Of a stretch of 64,000 nt of DNA, positions 32,346 to 45,170 are shown piece by piece (the stretch's first letter is position 1; each line of letters opens with the position of its first letter). Below the pieces are notes generated by a model. That model was not told where the DNA came from. It worked only from the letters and a program-made list of their open reading frames with translations, and searched no databases. A program made the translations under genes and the position numbers. Source of the DNA: Camelus dromedarius (Eukaryota); NCBI RefSeq assembly GCF_036321535.1, contig NC_087438.1:498001-562000 (forward strand). Direction: 5' to 3'.

Positions 32346-35300
32346 TGTGGCTGTGTCTGCTGGGGAGGCCCTCCCTGCGCCCGTGTTCTCCTGCCATTGC
32401 TCGGTGGCGATTACGCTCCTCAGCTACGCTCCCCGGCAAGGCCGCTGCCCGTGATCGTGGGCCCCCGAGATTACGCCCCCCGGGGCTGTGCCCCTGGTCA
32501 CCTGTGCGCCCTCCCACCCGTGAGTGGGGAACCCGCTTTTTCATGTGCAGAAATGCAGCTGCTGCAGCCCAGAGTGGAGCTCCGGTCATCCCTGCCTGAC
32601 GACAGCCTGTGTTCGGCTGAGTGACGTGAGCTGCTTGGTTCCACCTGCACAGGGGTCTCCTCAGCCCCAGTTCTCCCGCGGCAGGCTTGCCTCCTGCCCT
32701 CTGGCACCGGGCAGGCTGTCAGGGGCCTGACAGCTCCTCAGCAGGACAGGACGGCTCTGCAGCGGGGCCACCCACCCCCGTGGCCAGGCGAGCACTCGGA
32801 CACCTGGCCTTCTCATTGGCTTTGCCAGGAGAGGCGGGAGAGTGACCGGCGACTGGTAACTGACCCCCCAGATTCCCTGGGAGGAGCCGCAGGCTGGACA
32901 AGGGAAGGTGGCCACGAGGGCCTGCCAGCCCAGGCTCTGGACAGGTCCCAGCTTAGGACGCCTTCTGTCCCCAGGTCTGGAAATCGGCGCCAAGGCGGAC
33001 AGAGCCATGGTCCACACTGACAGGCGAGACCCCTAGCGCCCTCCTTCCCCAAGGAGCAGAGTGGCTGCGAGGACACGGCAGCCACCTCCACACGGCCTTC
33101 CCGCCGGGGGAGAAGTGGCGTCAAGGGTGATGGACGAGAGCACAGGGACGTTGATGACCTCCATCCCGGGGCTCGGGAAGAGCCACCAGCAGCGGGAGGC
33201 ACCTTCCGTGCGGGGATCTAGCCTGGCCCGCCTGCCACGTCCGACTGAGCTGTGTGCTTTCTGCGAGATTCTGGGGGTCACTCAGCCGGAGCGCCCACCA
33301 GTTTTATTGCTCTAACATCTGGGACCAGGGACACAGGGCTGGTTCTTAGCAGGACACGCGGACGGACGGGGCTGCCGGTCCCCAGGGGACTTGCTCAGGA
33401 CCCCTCTGCTTTCTGGCATCAGACCGAGGTTAGGCCTATTTCTTCCCCATCGTGAAGTGAGTATGGGCTCGGTGTAGGAAGCCACCGACCCCCAGCCGTG
33501 GTCCAAGGGTGGCCAGTCTAAAACTATCAAAGCCTTTGATTTTAAATTGTGTGTGTGATGGCCAGCGGACCCACATCTCCTCGTTGTGAGAAAGCGGAGG
33601 CGTCACCTTGATTGAGGTGCAAAACCTCCGTCGCTGGGACTCAGGGAGCCAGACCCTCGGGGACAGACCAGGGCTCCTGGGTGTCGTGCACACTGACAGC
33701 CTGGTCACCAGGTGGGAAGAGGCCTCGTCTGTCCCCAGGGTCCATCGACAGGGCACCGGCCCACCCCACAGGGCCGGAGCATCCAGGGCCCCACGTGGAG
33801 CTGGGGGATGGGCAGACACCAGGCTCCCAGTGCCCCTGGCCGGTGCTCCGAGGGGCCGCATTGGCCGTGGAGGCACAGCAGGGAAGGCGGGGAGGGAGGT
33901 CGGGGTCGTGCTGGCCCCCAGACTGCACGGGAAGGACAGGGCCCCATCGGACACACGGCCAGGTGTGGCTTCTGTCTCCCTCCCACCCCCAATCCATGCG
34001 CATCCCAGTCCGGCAGGTGTGAGACAGCAGTGGGCAGAAGCCTGGGTGACATACTCGACACACGACAGCGGAGGAACGTGTGGCTTCTGAGGTGAAATTG
34101 CCCATGTGAGGCCGCCAGGCCTGGATCCCCGCTGGGGGAGGTGCCCCGCGGCGACAAGACTGCGCTCGGTCGGGGCCCCTCGGGCCCCTCCACGTTCCTC
34201 CCTGAAAGAGAAGCTCTTCTCCTCCTTTCTGTGATTTGACCCTGGGAGTCTGAGTTCCTGGGGTTGGACGTGCACCCGGGGGACAGCTCCTCCTCCTGTC
34301 CAGCTCCCGGACATGGCCACCCCCAGGACAGGGCCGACTCACCGGCCAGCAGCCATCGCCCCGCGTGAGCGCCCAGCAGGCGTCTCCCCTCCTCACACGG
34401 CCGGTCCGCGTGGCCCCGTCTCCGGCGAGAGGTCTGGAGTCGGGACCTGGATTTTCTCTGGGTGAAGCACTTCATCTGATTCAGGGGTTTCAGACTTCAA
34501 AACCCATGGAACTTCTTTTCAGAAGAAGCCTCACCTGGAAGCCCAGCCTGAGAGTGAAGCGAAGGAGAACTTCCCCACAGGGAGGAGCAGGTGGAGCGCC
34601 CGCGCAGGTGGCTCCCCCGCGACCCTGCCCCGGAGGTCTGGGGTGGGGCCCAGGCCTCCCTGCGAGCTGCCTGTAGGGAAGGACGAAGTCCTTCTCTGCC
34701 TCGGGTTTTGTGACGGGAAGATGCCACCAGGGGAGGTGGGGCTGGGAGGGCCCCGGTGGGAACAGTTCCCAGAAAACCATTCAGTGATCGGCTTCCCAGA
34801 GAGGCTGGTATCTGGGCTCTCAGGAGCTTCTCAACCTTTCCATCACCTCGAGGGGAGAACAGAAGGCGATTGGGGTTGCTGGGGCCTGTGGCCCTGTGCA
34901 CCTGTCCCCTGGGCAGGCAGGAGCATTTCTACAGCCCAGCCCTTGAGACCCTAAGCCCCACACGCTGCACCACCGAGCTCAGGGGCAGAGGCTGTCTCCC
35001 AGAGGTGGTGCTGCAGGAAGCTTCCCGAGCCCCGCGGGGAGTTCAGGCTCTGGTGTGGGAGGTCCCCAGGGGCCATCGAGTCCACGAGGTGGGACCCTCC
35101 CAGCTGGGGCGAAGTCAGAGGGCGGCTGGGCCATGGGGCGGGTCTAGTTCTGCCAGGAGTGGCCGCAGGTGGGCCTGAGCCTGCGAGGACCAGCAGTGAC
35201 CATGACCTGTCGCCCCAGGGCAGCAGGGGTCCCGTCCCGTGACTGCACCAGGACCACGGGAGCGGGGGTCATGTCCCCAGGGCAGCAGGGGTCCCATTGT

Positions 35301-37629
35301 GCGGCTGCACCAGGACTGTCAGAGTGGCTCCAGCCAGCACGCACGTGTGACACCAAGGGCGGAGCGCACCGGTCGGGACTAAAGCAGGATTGTTGTCTAT
35401 GTTTGCCCGACTTCAAATTTTCCTTCCGTAAACGCTGGCCAAAGGCAGAGTTGGAACCCACTTCCATGCTCCTTGCCATCTTGGGGTCACTGACTCGTGT
35501 CCAGTACCACTAGGAAGGTGGCCAGGCTGGGCAGGGGCACCCTGAGCCGATGGCCCCTCCCCCTCCTTGGTCTTCCCGAGTCCTGGCCAGGGACCCTCAG
35601 AGTGGCCTGGAGGTTCCCTCAGAGTGGAAGGAGGCAGCAGCGTTGCCCCACAGTTAGGCCTTTCTTCTGCAGGTTTTACAAAGCGTTGACTGTGTGAACA
35701 TGGGCTAAGCCCCTCCCAGGGCTGGGAGCATGAACTCTGGTCTTTTGTGGGTTAGTAGGAATCTCGCCATGTGAAAACAGAGCCAAAGGTCACACGCCAA
35801 GACCGCGGTGTGAACTTAGACTCCAGGAAAGCACAGGCTCTGAGCTGGGCATCAGGGACACAGACCTGGGGGCCCAGCTGGGAAGGCAGGGGCTCTGCTG
35901 AGGCTGAGAGAGAGGGCTTCACAGACTCTGACCCCCAGCTGCCACCAGGCCACAGGGTGTGTTCCTCAAAGGGCCTGACCAGTCCCTTGTCTGACTCCAA
36001 AGCTGGGCATCCACCCCACCTCAACTGGACACACAGCGCGATGTGGGTGGTGGGGTCATGGCGTCATCAACTTAGTCCACGGCCAAGACGCTCCTCAAAG
36101 ACTGGAGACCATAAGGTGATTCGAGTGGGGCCCGGACAGCTGGCAGCTGAGGCTGGAGCTGACGGGGGGGACGCGGCCCTCGGGGTAGGACGGGATGGGA
36201 GGTTCCTGGCCAGTAGGAACCCCAGCACGACCCTGGCCTCGTGGGCACCAGCTCCAGCCCCTGGGGACGGAAAGGGCTTTCTTTCTGGAAATGCGGGCGT
36301 GGTGGACCCGGCCCACCAGGAAGCAGGGAGCAGGTCACCCAGCATCGCTGCTGGCGATGCCCCAGCCTCGCCCTCCCACAAGGACTGCAAATGCCCAGTA
36401 CTGGACGGGATCTTCCTCCGCAGTGGGTCACCCCAGAAATGCACCCGGCCACACTCAGGCAGCTCGTGGTCAATTGCAGTGGGAGGCGGGACAGACAGAC
36501 GGACGAGCTTCAAGTCTGTTTTACTCTGTTCAGCTAGGGCTGCTCCTGCGAGGGAAGGGCCGCTCCCACCCTACAGGGAGGTCGGGCAGGAAGTGTGCTT
36601 GTGGTCACACAGCCAGGACAGCATGGACCTGGCCCTGAGGCTCCAGCTCTCTGCATTTCGTGACCTGGAATGCTCTCCGACAAGCCCCAGCTTCGCGGGA
36701 GCCCCAGACCCTCCCAACTCTACAGTTTATGACCTTGAGGCCACCATAGTCACACACAATCTTCCCAAAAGTAGCAGGTTAGTCCCGAGGGACAGAGGCG
36801 GGCGACCCTGTACAAACTCGAGGGGAGTGGCCTCTGGAAAACGCTCGCCCCGGGCAACCCCTCCAGGGCGCCCAGGGAGTAAGACTTGGGGGCACTGGGC
36901 GAGGCAGCACCACGCGTAGCCCTGGTCCTTTGGAGGTGCAGACTGAATCCCAGAAGGTTCCACAGGGAAACGTGTGAGGAACGTGCAAACGACAGAGTCG
37001 GACAAGCCACAGACACACCGGGGAAGAAGGAGAGGGAGATGTGGGCTCAGGATCGGCCGTTCCAGCCCTAGGAGACCCAGGGTGGATGGGGTGGTCCCCG
37101 AGGGCCCAGGTGTCTGTCCTGGAACCAGCTTCACTCTGTGCACCCAACAGAATTCGCCCCAGTGCATGTGGGACACCAGAGGAGACACAGCATCTCCGTT
37201 CTCAGGGCAGGACGACGCTGTCAGAGGTCACGAGGGCAGGGGCAGTGCACTCCACCCACTCGGACATGGGCTTGGCCTGCCCTGTGTGCGTGGGCACCCA
37301 GAGGGGCACACGGAGGAATGAGTGAAGGGATGAATGGATGTGTGATGGACCAGAGGGGGCTGCCATGTGCCCAGGGCAGGGGCCGCTCCCCCTTCCTGGG
37401 ACCCAGGGCGGCTGCAGATCCAGGTGCGCTGGGGCCTCTGGTCTGAGGGATCCCAGTTGCCCCTGAGGCCGCCGCCTGAGGAAACCCTCTGTGGAACTGC
37501 TGCGGCCGACGGGGCTTCCAGCTGCTGAGCAGGACGTCCGCGCCGCCTGCCTCCTCGTCCTTCGAGCAGAACAGTTAGGTGACCAGGTGATTTTTTTTCT
37601 TCCTTTGTGACCAGTAACTTCGTTATTAC

Positions 37630-38525
37630 ACGTACAAGCCTGTAACAATATTAAAAACCAGAAATGTGAAGAACTCACACAACTCAATCTAGAAAACACT
37701 ACACAACTGAAAAATGGCAGAGGATTGGAAGAGGCGTTTTCCTGAAGACGACGCACAGACAGCCAAGAGGCGTGAGAAGATGCTCGACGCCACTGACTGT
37801 GAGGGAGACGCAGGTCAGCACCACGACGAGGCGTCGCCTCACCCACCAGGATGGCTGTTTCTAAAGAGACAATGAATTAGTGTTGGTGAGGACGTGGAGA
37901 AAAGGGAACTTCCCTACCAGTGCAAACCGGTGCAGTCACTGTGGAAAACAGCGTGGAGATTCCTCAAAACATTAAAAGTAGAGCTACCGTATGCCCAGCC
38001 ATTCCATTCCCGGGCGTGCGTCGGAAGAAAACGAAAACACTAACGTGAAAAGATCCACGCACCCCAGTATTCACAGCAGGGTTACATGACAGCGGCCAAG
38101 ATACGGGCACAACCTAGGTGTCCGCCGACGGAAGTGCGTCCGCGCGCACAGCAGAATACCACTCGGCCATGGAAAGGAGCGGGGTCTGCGGCAGCGCGGG
38201 CGGGCCCGGAGGGCACCGTGCTCGGTGACAGAACTCAGGCAGAGAGCAGGTGCTCTGAGATACCATTTATATATGGGATCTAAAAGGTAAAACAAAATAT
38301 AACAAAGCGGAAACAGACTCACAGACAGAGAACAGGCCACAGGGGAGACGCGTGGGGCGCGGCCCCGAGCTACGACGACTGGGTGCAAGAGGGTGACTCA
38401 CGGCCCGGGGAGTGTGGTCGCTGTCTCATGCCTTCCATGGAGGGTAATCTGAAAAATGTCACATCGCTACGTTGTGCACCTGAAGCCAATGCGACTCCGT
38501 CCGTCAACCGCATTTCAGTGAAAAA
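37630..38525 (+). mobile_element. LINE-1 3' portion, strongly GC-shifted
   Basis: Colinear with the L1 at 3558-4550 (gttggtgaggacgtggagaaaagggaac, ctgtggaaaacagcgtggagattcctcaaaacattaaaa, aagcggaaacagactcacagac). Confidence 0.88.
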
Positions 38526-41268
38526 GAAGTGTGAGGTGAGAAATCAGTCCACTTCATAATTAAGTTACCTCAAGGTGTGTTTTTAATTAATTAACTAAAA
38601 CAAAATTAAAGTGGGAGACCCCTCCACACCTGAAGGCTCAGACACAGTCTCCTGCACCCCCTTCTAACTCACGGTGGCAGCCAGGGCCCTGGCGGAGCCC
38701 GGCCTGTCCTTACGTGAGGGCTGGGGGAGGAGCCCGGCCACTTTCCTCTCGTGATAACTACCTTCCCCACGACTTCATGGAAGAGTCTGTCCCCGGTCAC
38801 CCCCCCGTGACCCCCCGCCCCCAGGACTTGGTCCGTCCTTGCGCCGAAGCCGGTGGCCCCGCAGCCACGGCCTGGCGGGCAGTCTCGACGCTGACGGGGA
38901 GGGCTCCTGCCGGGGGCGTCCCCTCTGGCCCGTCTGTGCAGCTCGTGTGCCCTTGTCCCCGTGAGCTTGCAAGTTGGGTCGCCAGGCTCGGGGCAGAGCC
39001 CTCTGGAAGCTGGCGGGTCTCACTGCCCACCCAGACCCGCCGGGAGCTCCCCAGCCTGGTGACCTCCCCAGGAGCTCAGGCCTTGGTCACGTCTCAGCAA
39101 AGCTTGCAGCTTTCTCCTCAAGTCCCCTTCATCTTCTGCTGGTTTTCGCACCTTTAGGATGTCTGCTCCGGGGTACAGAAGTGCAGCTGATCCCGCATGC
39201 TGGGTTTGTACCCAGCACACTGGCTGCACCTGGTTACGTCTGATGAGCGCGTGCACGTCACTCTGAAGCTGCTCCCTTCAGTCTTTTACTTCTTGTCTTA
39301 CTTCTTTCTCATCTTCCCTAATTTCTGTAATATCACTTGTGAAAAATCTGTTTTTCCTTCCAACTGTCTCTCTCTCCCTCTGTCTCTCCGACTCTCTGTC
39401 TCCCTCTGCCTGGCTGTGTGTGTCTGTCTCCCCCGTGTCGCTCCCGCATGGATGATGTGACCCGCGCCCCTCTCGGGATGGTAGGAACCAGTGCTTTCGG
39501 GAGGCATCCTTGTCGTTCCTGCTCTTAAGGGGAACACTTTCTGTTTAACTGTTTAGTGTTACACTTGCTGAAGGTTTTTGGAAGATGCTTCACCCAGTGA
39601 AGGAAATGCCTTTCTGTTCTTAGTCTGCTGAGAGCTGTTGTGGACGACTATGGAGAGCTCGCAGATGTTTCTCTACAAGCCAACCACGTGGCTGCTCTTC
39701 TTTACTTGTTAGCATAGCTCTAGGAACTGGAATTTTGTCTGTCTGGGCACTGCAGCATGCCCACTGCCTAGAGCAGGAGCCAGTGACAAAGCACCTCAGC
39801 CTCCCCATCTGGAAAATGGGTCCATCGCAGGCACCTAGGACCGGAAATCTGGCTTCTGGAAGCAGACTGTGGCCAAGTCACAGCAGCACCGGCTGGGCCC
39901 AGGGCTTGGGCCAGTGGCCGGCGGGAGCCGTCGGCGGCTGTCAGACAGGACGGTCATCCAGCTCTGCCCACTCTCCTGGCTCAGGGCACAGCCCAGGACG
40001 TGGGGGCCTATCACTTCAGCTTCTCTGGGGTCTCAAACTGGAGAGGTGGCCTTTGGAGGACTGCTCCAGCATGAAGGGGCCACGGGGTCCTTGGACATGC
40101 CTATGAAGCCCCCGGTCCTGGGGGTCAACTCCACCGCATCCCAGGGCAGCCAGATGAGGAGGACTCAGGCGTTGGGGCTCCCGGAGGGACTAGCACGCAG
40201 AGGGGTCAAGGCGGAGAGGCCCCTTGGATTTGTTTGGGGCCCAATGAGCAAACATGGTCACTCGCAGCTCCCCCAGCCCGTGAGCACCAGCAGGCCCCGC
40301 CACCCCCGTTCTGACACTCTGGTCACAGCTGCTGCACGGGGCTCCCTCTGCCCAGTCTCCTGGGCCAGGCAGCCAGCACCTGTGTGTGTGCGTGAGTGCT
40401 GGCACAAGTGGCCTGCCCGGAGCTTCGTGAGGGGGACGGGCCCTCTGTGCTGGCATTTCGCGGTTTTGTCGATCACGCACCTGCCCACCTCTCAGTGCAC
40501 AGTGCCCTGAGAGGCCGACCTCACGAGCACCTGGGCCATGTGGCCTCTGTCTGTCTTCTCTTCCCTGGGCCCTGCACCCCCCTCTGCCCCGAAGCCCATG
40601 TTCGAGGCACCTCCAAGACACCTCTAAGCACGAAAATGGGTCAGTGTGCCTGCGATCTCATCTCAAACCCAGCAACGCGTTCTCCACCAGCCTTACGGTA
40701 AAACGTCATCCCTGCTGCTCTGAGAATGGCCATTAGGCGGGGATTTTCCTTTCTCCATCGCTTTTACCCAGTCCTCCCCGACGGCGACTCAGAGTCTCTG
40801 CTGAAACTGGAGAGGGGACATGGGTGGCAGAGCTCACTATGACGGAAATCTCAGCCACGTTCATGGTGGCTGAGGGGCGAGTCTGGTGACGCGTGGAGAC
40901 GTGTTGCTGCTCTCTGGGATGGGGCCCAGCTGACGCGCCGTCAGCACCTGGGGCCCCGGGGTCCGGGTGACCCGCCGCGTGGCCAGGGCCAGAAGCCACT
41001 CACAGCAGGTCCCTGCCTCACTCCTTTCTCCAGGGAAAGCAGGTGAAGCTCGGGCGAGGACAGAACATGTGCAGGACTTGGGAAAGCTTCACCACAAATG
41101 TCAGCTCGCTGTGGTTCTTCGTTACAATGTGTAATAACCACCAGCTGTCAAAATTGTCAAAAACGTGTCAATCCAGTTACAGTTACGAGATGGCTAGTAC
41201 AAGGAGAGGAGAGCTTCCATGTTTCCAGGGATGAAGGTACAACAGGAGTTTAAGGGGCACAAAAATAT

Positions 41269-41807
41269 TGTTGCTAAACCAAACTTGGGCTCTCCTGCCC
41301 ACGTTTATTGCAGGCGCCAAACAAGGAGTCTGGGTGTCAAATGCGTAAAAGACCCGAACGCCCCACGGCTCTCAGGGGAGGGTTTAAAGACGGGGGAGGG
41401 GGGGCTGTGGGGGCAGGATCACGCATGGACGCTGTTCTGAGTGGTCGGTGGGGAGGTCACCGGGCGTCGGCATCATCCCCCTTCTGGTTCCAGCTGATCT
41501 GGGTCCACGTGTGGGGGGGCAGCTCGCAGTCAGCCTCTTCCCCCGGGTGGGGGCCTCGGTGTCTGCAGAACAGCTCAAAGGACGAGGCTCAGAGCATTGC
41601 CCACAGCCCCTGAGGAGGAGCTGAGAGTCCTTGACTTTGTTTAGTGGCTGAGCTATGACTAGTTTGTCTTGCTTGACTATTTTCCTGTGTGTCTGCGTTT
41701 TCTCACTTCGCTGATTAAATTTGCTCTTTGGAACTCGGGGAAGCCTGGGAGGCTGAAGCTTTTCTGCAGACAAGAGGGCAGACACGGCGGGGCCCTGCTC
41801 GGTTTCA
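41269..41807 (-). mobile_element. Solo ERV LTR (ERV1-like)
   Basis: TG...CA termini (tgttgctaaacc...ggtttca), minus-strand AATAAA near 41303-41308, body resembles mammalian ERV1 LTRs as recalled; no clean TSD. Confidence 0.65.
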
Positions 41808-42489
41808 CTGTGAGGTTGCAGACAAACTGCAGACCCTTTTCAATTCTTTTTCAAAGAGGTTGACGTGAAAGCCAACTGGAGCCCCTGGCCCTGGGGGCAG
41901 GAACGCCAACGGGAGTGGGGACGCAGTGACCTGACTGCTTATGAGCTGTCACGGCAGAGCCATGTCAGACTCTACGCTCACTTCAACGTTCTCTCCTCAC
42001 AAACAAGAACCACGGCAAACGTGGGGAACGCATGTTAGGAACAACAGTCGCTGAGCGCTGTGCACACAGGAACTGTCTTCCAGTCAGCCCACGTGCGTCA
42101 GAACAGTCCGGCCCTCAGCACTGTGAGGGGCGCCGCCTCCTTCCCGCTTACAGGCCTGGACACAGCACCCTCGGGGGCGCCAGCCAGGACGGGCACATCC
42201 AGGCAGCTCGTTCCGGATGAGGGGCTCCCTGCGTTCAGGGCCGCAAACGTGGAGAGCAGGAGTTACCCCACGGCAGGACGGGGAGAAGTTCCAGGTGCCA
42301 GGGAGCCGAGGCCGCCGTCTGCTGCTGGCAGATCCAGTCCTGGGGCACAAGGGGGCCCGCGGGGCTTCCTCCTTCCAGAAGCACCAAAATTCAGAACCTG
42401 TCAGCAGTGGTTTCCTCTGGGTGTGGAGTGAAGGCGAGCTGCGGGCTGTCACTTTGCAGCTTTCTTTAAGCACGGGCACCATACTTTTT

Positions 42490-43510
42490 GTAACTTGTTA
42501 CTTTGAAAATAATTTTGGAATAGAGAGAAGTTGAGAAACAGTACAGAGAGTTCCCGTGTCCCCTGTGCCCGGCGTCCCCCAGGCCGGCATCTGGCGTAGC
42601 CTCGCCGCCATGCTGGGGTTGGGGGCGGGAGCCGATGCGGGTGGAACACAGTCAACTGCACTTTGTCGGGTGTCAGCCTCCACGCGTGCCCCTTCCTGCC
42701 CCAGGTCCTGCAGAGGGCCCCGCTGCACTTCCGGTCCTGCTCTTGGTTTCCTTGTGACCATGACACCCACGAAGGTCAGGGGTTTGCCAGACGTCTCTCA
42801 CCTTGAGCGACTATTATGCATTTCGACTCGACTGCGGTGACGTATCTTTGCAAGAAAACAACAGGAGCGCGGATCCCCCAGTGCCATGTCGGGGCACAGG
42901 TGCCAGTGTGCTCTGACCTGGTGGCCCCGGGGAGGTGCGGTCAGCCAAGATCCTCTGCTGAAGTGTCCCTCTTTCCTTTGTAGTCAATAAAGATCTTGGA
43001 GAGAGACTTTGAAACTGTGCAAGTATCCATTTCTCCTCAAAACGTTCAGCCTGCCTTGGTGGGTCTTGCTGCAACGACCAGCCCTGCAGTGCTGCACGGT
43101 GATTTTCTGTTTCCCCCACTCCTTCCGCATTTAAGACCTGGAGTCTCTCTGGAAGGAAGGGCCGTCCTTCTCCCTCGTTCACTGACACCAGTAAGGGCCG
43201 CAGATGCTCACCGTCAGCCTCGGGTCCCGCCCCTGCACAGCCGGAGCGCGCCTGGCGGCTCAGACGCCCAGCTCTGGCTGGCGGGCTCGACCAGCTTGGC
43301 TCCTGTAATGTTCGACACACCCCGTGTCTTTCTGAGCACTGTCCTGCTTTCTGGCACAAAAGGATGCTCTGGGCTCATCCCACATTCTCCCCCAGCCCTG
43401 GAATCAGCCACTTCTCCAAGGAGCCCTGGTGCCTTTCACTGGACAATGGTGTCAGAGGCCAGCGTCTGGGCACTAGGTGTGCTCGTTGCTGTGGGCGCCA
43501 TTGCGCAGAG
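42490..43510 (-). mobile_element. Old L1 (L1MC-like) 3'UTR relic
   Basis: ttgaaaataattttggaatagagagaagttgagaaacagtacagagagttccc and ggagagagactttgaaactgtgcaagtatcc resemble antisense old L1 3' ends. Confidence 0.55.
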
Positions 43511-44861
43511 AGATATTAAATAGCGAGCTAGCCTGTAACTAGTGCTAAGTGTTTACTGAATAAATGAACAAAAGAACGAATGAGGGAACTGATTCATCAA
43601 AATAGTCAAAAGCGGTTTCTTTTTTATAAGAAATAATTTAAATGTAAATAAGCATACGTTTTACTTGCGCTGCTTTTCCTTCTCATCTCGCTCCTCCTTG
43701 CGTCTGGAGAAAAAAACCCATGCAGATGTTTTGACTAAATAAATCTGTGGCCCCTTCTCAGCTCCTGTCCAGCTCAGAAACGGCACCTGTCACCGTCCAC
43801 AGGGATCCCTGGGGCCTTAGTAACATAAACGAACTTCTCAGCCAAAGCAGAGTGATCCCGATGGTGCTTCTTCACCTGAAAGTAAAGGCTTGCACGCTGC
43901 CAAGCAAAGGCAGGGAAGGGCGGACACGGCGTGGCCACGAGGCAGGGGCGCCAGCCCCGCTGGGCTCTCTGGAGTGGGGATTGTTCCAGGAGCGCTGGGT
44001 GCCCTGCACACCATCAGTGTCTTAGCTGGGGACACCTGCTCCTCCTTCTCGACCTGCATTTACGCTGGATTTTCTTTCCTTTGGTAAGTAGGTTATTCTA
44101 GGCGTATTTTCATTGCATCCACAGCAATTACACAAATCTTCCTGTCGCAGCTTTGCTCCGGGCAAGACCAGCCGCCTGTGGCCAGCATCGCCCTGCCCCC
44201 GCCGCCGCCAGACTTGACTCCGGGTGAGAGCGCTTGTCACACCACCGCCTGGCTTCCCATTTCCATCGACCGTGGGTGCCGTGGGGGCTGGAGCCTAAGC
44301 CTCTGCCTGTGCGCGAGCGGCCAGGAGGCGTTAGAGAGTGAGGGGCACCCGCCACAAGCAGACGGAATGCTGAGCGAAACGAAGTAAAAGTAGAATGGAG
44401 GCCTTAGGTGAGGAGCTGGACTTAGGGGAAGCGTTGCACTCGGAGAGCACCTGCCTCCCCACGAAGCCGGCGGGTGCAGTCAGCGTAGTCCGGGCCACGC
44501 ATTACACCACTTCTGCCCCGGGAACCACCCGGGTACAGAGACAGACAAGCAAGAGGGCCGCAGGCGGAAATGGCCGAGGTCGCTGCCAGGAGTAGGTGCC
44601 CAGGTGTTCTGATCCCCCAGCCCCGGGCCAGCCCGCCGGGCTCCCATGTTGCAGTCGCTTGCCCTTCACCCCGAGGATCGACGCTCCGGAGACGTGGCCG
44701 CAAGGGAGGGGGGCAGACCTTGGAATCCACCTGCATTGACTGTTTAAAATGATTAATTATCAAGGAGGGGATTAAAGCCAAAAGAAAGTATAAAGAAGGA
44801 AGAACCAGCACGAAATATGAAAAATAAACAGGAAGAGTTTTTAAAAGAACAAAATAAAACT

Positions 44862-45170
44862 TTGATCAGTTCATCTGCTACAACAAAAACGCCACAGCGC
44901 AGAGCGTGACGGGCAGACGTGGTCCTCACGGTCCTGGAGGCCAGGGTCTGGGATCAGCAGGGCCGTCCTGGGAGGACGCTGCTGGCCGGAGCCGGCCGTG
45001 TTCTCTCAGAAAGGGCGCTGGAGCTCCGTGGGGCCCTGTCATCAGCCCGCCCGCCAGGGGGACCCTGCCCTCACGACCTCATCCCTTCCCAGAGGTGCCG
45101 CCTCCTCCACATGGCGCCAGGGTCAGGGGCTCAGCACGTTGCTTAGGGGACACAAACATTCAGTGCAGAA
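44862..45170 (-). mobile_element. MaLR (MLT1-like) LTR relic
   Basis: ctcacggtcctggaggccagggtctgggatcag ... ccctcacgacctcatc ... ggggacacaaacattcagt. Confidence 0.7.

Noticed and set aside
35771..36919. 382-aa ORF, the longest in the track
   Set aside because: GTG start, no recognisable domain, S/G/P/R/A-rich, with overlapping ORFs in other frames; expected in GC-rich DNA.
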